From the NCBI GenBank assembly GCA_000004985.1, contig GG739331.1: 1,756 nucleotides of DNA, one strand, 5' to 3'. Position 1 is the stretch's first letter. Each line of letters starts with the position of its first letter. Shown here piece after piece: positions 1-1,756 of the stretch. The DNA is from Naegleria gruberi (lineage: Eukaryota). The notes under the pieces are model-generated. The model saw only the letters and a list, made by a program, of their open reading frames with translations, made no database searches and was not told the DNA's origin. A program made the position numbers and the translations under genes.

Positions 1-1
1 A

Positions 2-1732
2 ATGAGTATCCTATTTCTTGGAATACTGAAGAGAGTATTAAGAGTAGACATGAATGGTTTATCGTTTATTAATGTGAGGAGTGAAATCCTGTCATCTTCT
101 AGGAGCATTGATAATGTCGACAATGAGGAAATTGTAGTTATTAATGATAGTCTATCCCATCTTTCACCCATTGTTCAAACTCCAAAGACATCTCTCAAAT
201 CAACCGAAACTAGTAGTAAAATCAAAGAAATTGGAAATACAAATGAGACTTCCATCAAATCAGTATCAAGCCCTGTAAACAACACTTTCAACATCAACAT
301 CAACAAACATGTGTCTATTCCACCACTTACATGCTACGAGAGTGTAGGTCAGGGTAGACAACTTGGAAATCAATTCCAAACACAAATTGAATTGTGTGAA
401 ACTGACTTTGGATGTGGAATGCTTGAAAGATGGAAACAACAAAAGTTGATCATGTGTGAAAGGCATCAACATTCATTATTGAGAAGTTATAATGATAACT
501 CATATCCTTCACAATTAACATGTTACAAACACAACAACCTTCATCTACCTCCAGCAACATTTCCACATACTGTATGTGATGGAGAGAATATTGTATTTGA
601 CTTTTCCAAGATGTTACATGCATCATGTCTAAAATATAGACCTGGTTATTTCTGTAAGAAACCAACTTATTATCATTATGAATATGGTGCGTTGAATGGA
701 AATTGCAAGAGAACTGATAGATTCTTTAGTGTTGATGATTTTTCCAAAGATTTTGGAAAGGATGTCTTTTCAAGTTTTTCCACATTTGAATCTCCCTTTG
801 AGAAACCAATCCAATTCATTGATGGCATAACAATCTTTGTTTCGAGAGAACAAGATGAGCATGTGAACATGTTTCATTCAATGACTGATTTCTTTGCCAC
901 TTATCTCATGATTGAAATGTTTCAACTCAACAGTTCTCAAGTTCAAATTGTTTTATTGGATGATCATTATGATGGTCCATTTGATTTTCTGTGGAATTCT
1001 GTCTTTTCACTCAAAAGACCAATGATGAAAGCTTCACAATTCAATAATTCAACTGTGAGATTTGAGAGAGCAATCTTTCAACATGCTGGTTATGCAACAC
1101 ATTTCCTTTCTCATGTGTTGGATTTTGATAAACAAGATCCAAGAATGTGTCATTCCAAAATACCTCTCGTCTCATCCTTTGCTAATAGAATCATTCAATT
1201 ATTGGGTATTAAGAAGAGAGAAATGAAGAAGGGAGATATGGTGAAAGGTTTATTCATCAGCAGAAAACCATACGTTAAGAATGGTATTAATCATCAATTT
1301 ATGGGAAGGCAGATTAGTAATGAAGATGAATTGATGGCATTCTTTAGGATGCATCCACTTCATAGCACCAATTTTACAATTGAAAAGATTGATTTTGCAT
1401 CACTTTCACTTGTTGAGCAAATTCAAAAGGTTCACAATTCTGATTTTCTCATAGGTTATCATGGAGCTGGATTGACTCATTCATTATGGTTACCAGAAGA
1501 CTCTTCAGGAGTATTGGAAATTTGGAAATCTGCATTTTCAAAGAGTTGGAGATGTTTCGAACAATTAACATTATGGAAAGGAAATTATTATGATTTGTGG
1601 TCGAATACAAATGGTTGGAATTTGAGAACAGATGCAGATGGTGATTATCTCAGAGTTGAACCATATAGTATTAATGGTCAATTTTCTAAAATGATTAATC
1701 AATTGACCATAAGTAGATCTTTTGAAAGTTAA
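2..1732 (+). CDS. Glycosyltransferase family 61 (DUF563) protein, EOGT-like (putative EGF-domain O-GlcNAc transferase homologue); 576 aa, complete at 3' end (TAA 1730-1732), ATG at nt 2 possibly the true start
   Basis: Single uninterrupted 1731-nt ORF in ~33% GC DNA. The protein contains the GT61 hallmark HGAGLTH (aa 487-493, nt 1460-1480) inside 'DFLIGYHGAGLTHSLWLPEDSSGVLEIW'. Other blocks that I recall as conserved in human EOGT are 'IDGITIFVSREQDEHVNMFHSMTDFFATYLM', 'VQIVLLDDHYDGPFDFLWNSVF', 'RFERAIFQHAGY' and 'CFEQLTLWKGNYYDLW'. Cys-rich N-terminal module and multiple N-X-S/T sequons fit a luminal glycosyltransferase. The homology assignment rests on memory of family sequences, not on a search. 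Confidence 0.85.
   Translation: MSILFLGILKRVLRVDMNGLSFINVRSEILSSSRSIDNVDNEEIVVINDSLSHLSPIVQTPKTSLKSTETSSKIKEIGNTNETSIKSVSSPVNNTFNININKHVSIPPLTCYESVGQGRQLGNQFQTQIELCETDFGCGMLERWKQQKLIMCERHQHSLLRSYNDNSYPSQLTCYKHNNLHLPPATFPHTVCDGENIVFDFSKMLHASCLKYRPGYFCKKPTYYHYEYGALNGNCKRTDRFFSVDDFSKDFGKDVFSSFSTFESPFEKPIQFIDGITIFVSREQDEHVNMFHSMTDFFATYLMIEMFQLNSSQVQIVLLDDHYDGPFDFLWNSVFSLKRPMMKASQFNNSTVRFERAIFQHAGYATHFLSHVLDFDKQDPRMCHSKIPLVSSFANRIIQLLGIKKREMKKGDMVKGLFISRKPYVKNGINHQFMGRQISNEDELMAFFRMHPLHSTNFTIEKIDFASLSLVEQIQKVHNSDFLIGYHGAGLTHSLWLPEDSSGVLEIWKSAFSKSWRCFEQLTLWKGNYYDLWSNTNGWNLRTDADGDYLRVEPYSINGQFSKMINQLTISRSFES
80..322 (+). other. Ser/Thr/Asn-rich low-complexity segment (aa ~27-107) within the CDS; probable disordered / mucin-like stem or linker
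   Basis: Translation 'SEILSSSRSIDNVDNEEIVVINDSLSHLSPIVQTPKTSLKSTETSSKIKEIGNTNETSIKSVSSPVNNTFNININKHVSIPP' is compositionally biased to S/T/N/K/I. It has no cysteines and contains three N-glycosylation sequons (N48, N81, N93). No counterpart in human EOGT as I recall it. Confidence 0.6.
289..310 (+). repeat. Short imperfect tandem hexamer repeat (caacat caacat caacaa acat) inside the CDS, encoding N-I-N-I-N-K-H
   Basis: Directly visible: 'caacatcaacatcaacaaacat'. It lies within the low-complexity coding segment. Confidence 0.5.
332..706 (+). other. Cysteine-rich module (9 Cys: aa 111,132,138,152,174,192,209,218,235) preceding the catalytic region; probable disulfide-stabilised N-terminal domain of the EOGT-like enzyme
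   Basis: Cys spacing is seen directly in the translation. EOGT-family proteins carry a conserved Cys-containing N-terminal region upstream of the DUF563 core. Confidence 0.55.
794..1690 (+). other. GT61 / DUF563 catalytic region (approx. aa 265-563) including the HGAGLTH motif at nt 1460-1480
   Basis: Contiguous blocks alignable by eye to EOGT: VNMFHSMTDFF, IVLLDDHYDGPFDFLWNS, RFERAIFQHAGY, IGYHGAGLTHSLWLP, CFEQLTLWKGNYYDLW. Boundaries are approximate. Confidence 0.7.
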
Positions 1733-1756
1733 GAAACCACAAGATTCAAATCATGG
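1733..1756 (+). other. 3' flanking sequence (24 nt) after the TAA stop; no AATAAA and no terminator hairpin visible; contains an ATG at 1752-1754
   Basis: Sequence 'gaaaccacaagattcaaatcatgg'. Too short to classify as UTR, intergenic spacer or the start of a neighbouring gene. Confidence 0.3.

Noticed and set aside
47-49. Internal in-frame ATG (Met16) as an alternative start
   Set aside because: The sequence after it (MNGLSFINVRSE...) is even less signal-peptide-like than the ATG at nt 2, so there is no reason to prefer it.
266-472. 68-aa ORF on the minus strand
   Set aside because: It lies wholly inside and antisense to the well-supported 576-aa GT61 ORF and has no recognisable motifs. AT-rich antisense frames often stay open by chance.
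450-665. 71-aa ORF on the minus strand
   Set aside because: Same reasoning: antisense to the conserved Cys-rich coding region, with no independent support.
741-759. Perfect 8-bp inverted repeat 'tttccaaa-gat-tttggaaa' (possible hairpin)
   Set aside because: It lies inside the coding sequence and encodes the peptide DFSKDFGKD. An 8-bp palindrome in ~33% GC DNA is expected by chance and sits where no regulatory element would be expected.
676-870. 64-aa ORF on the minus strand
   Set aside because: Antisense to the conserved start of the GT61 catalytic region, with no motif, start context or conservation argument.
956-985. 'LLDDHYDGPFD' as a DXD metal-binding motif
   Set aside because: Acidic pairs are present, but I cannot establish from memory that the equivalent EOGT segment is a catalytic DXD, so it is not reported as a feature.
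1-1756. Prokaryotic accessory features (CRISPR array, IS/transposon ends, integrase, toxin-antitoxin, defence system)
   Set aside because: No direct repeats with spacers, no terminal inverted repeats, no second gene. The single ORF is a eukaryote-type luminal glycosyltransferase, so a defence-island interpretation has no support in the sequence.

Overview
The window is AT-rich (about 32-33% GC, estimated by eye) and is almost entirely one uninterrupted + strand ORF (nt 2-1732, 576 aa, TAA stop). The translated protein looks like a glycosyltransferase family 61 (GT61, DUF563) enzyme closely related to EOGT (EGF-domain-specific O-GlcNAc transferase). Several conserved blocks line up with my recollection of human EOGT. 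These include VNMFHSMTDFFATYLM (VNMYHHFCDFINLYIT in human), RFERAIF (CFKEAVF), IGYHGAGLTHSLWLP (IGMHGAGLTHLLFLP), and a C-terminal Cys/aromatic block. In N-to-C order the protein has a weak hydrophobic N-terminus, a Ser/Thr/Asn-rich low-complexity segment of about 75 residues, a nine-cysteine module, and the GT61 catalytic region. Seven N-glycosylation sequons suggest a protein of the secretory-pathway lumen. Codon usage (cca Pro, gga Gly, aga Arg, caa Gln, tca Ser) and the low GC point to an AT-rich eukaryote, possibly nematode-like, or a giant virus rather than a typical bacterium. That is an inference. I see no RNA genes, CRISPR arrays, mobile elements or operon structure. The three minus-strand ORFs in the track lie inside the large ORF and are almost certainly spurious. 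Window edges cut 1 nt before the ATG and 24 nt after the stop, so promoter, UTR and neighbouring-gene context cannot be judged. I see nothing that justifies calling this a novel multi-gene system. The interesting points are the departures of this EOGT-like protein from the canonical family.
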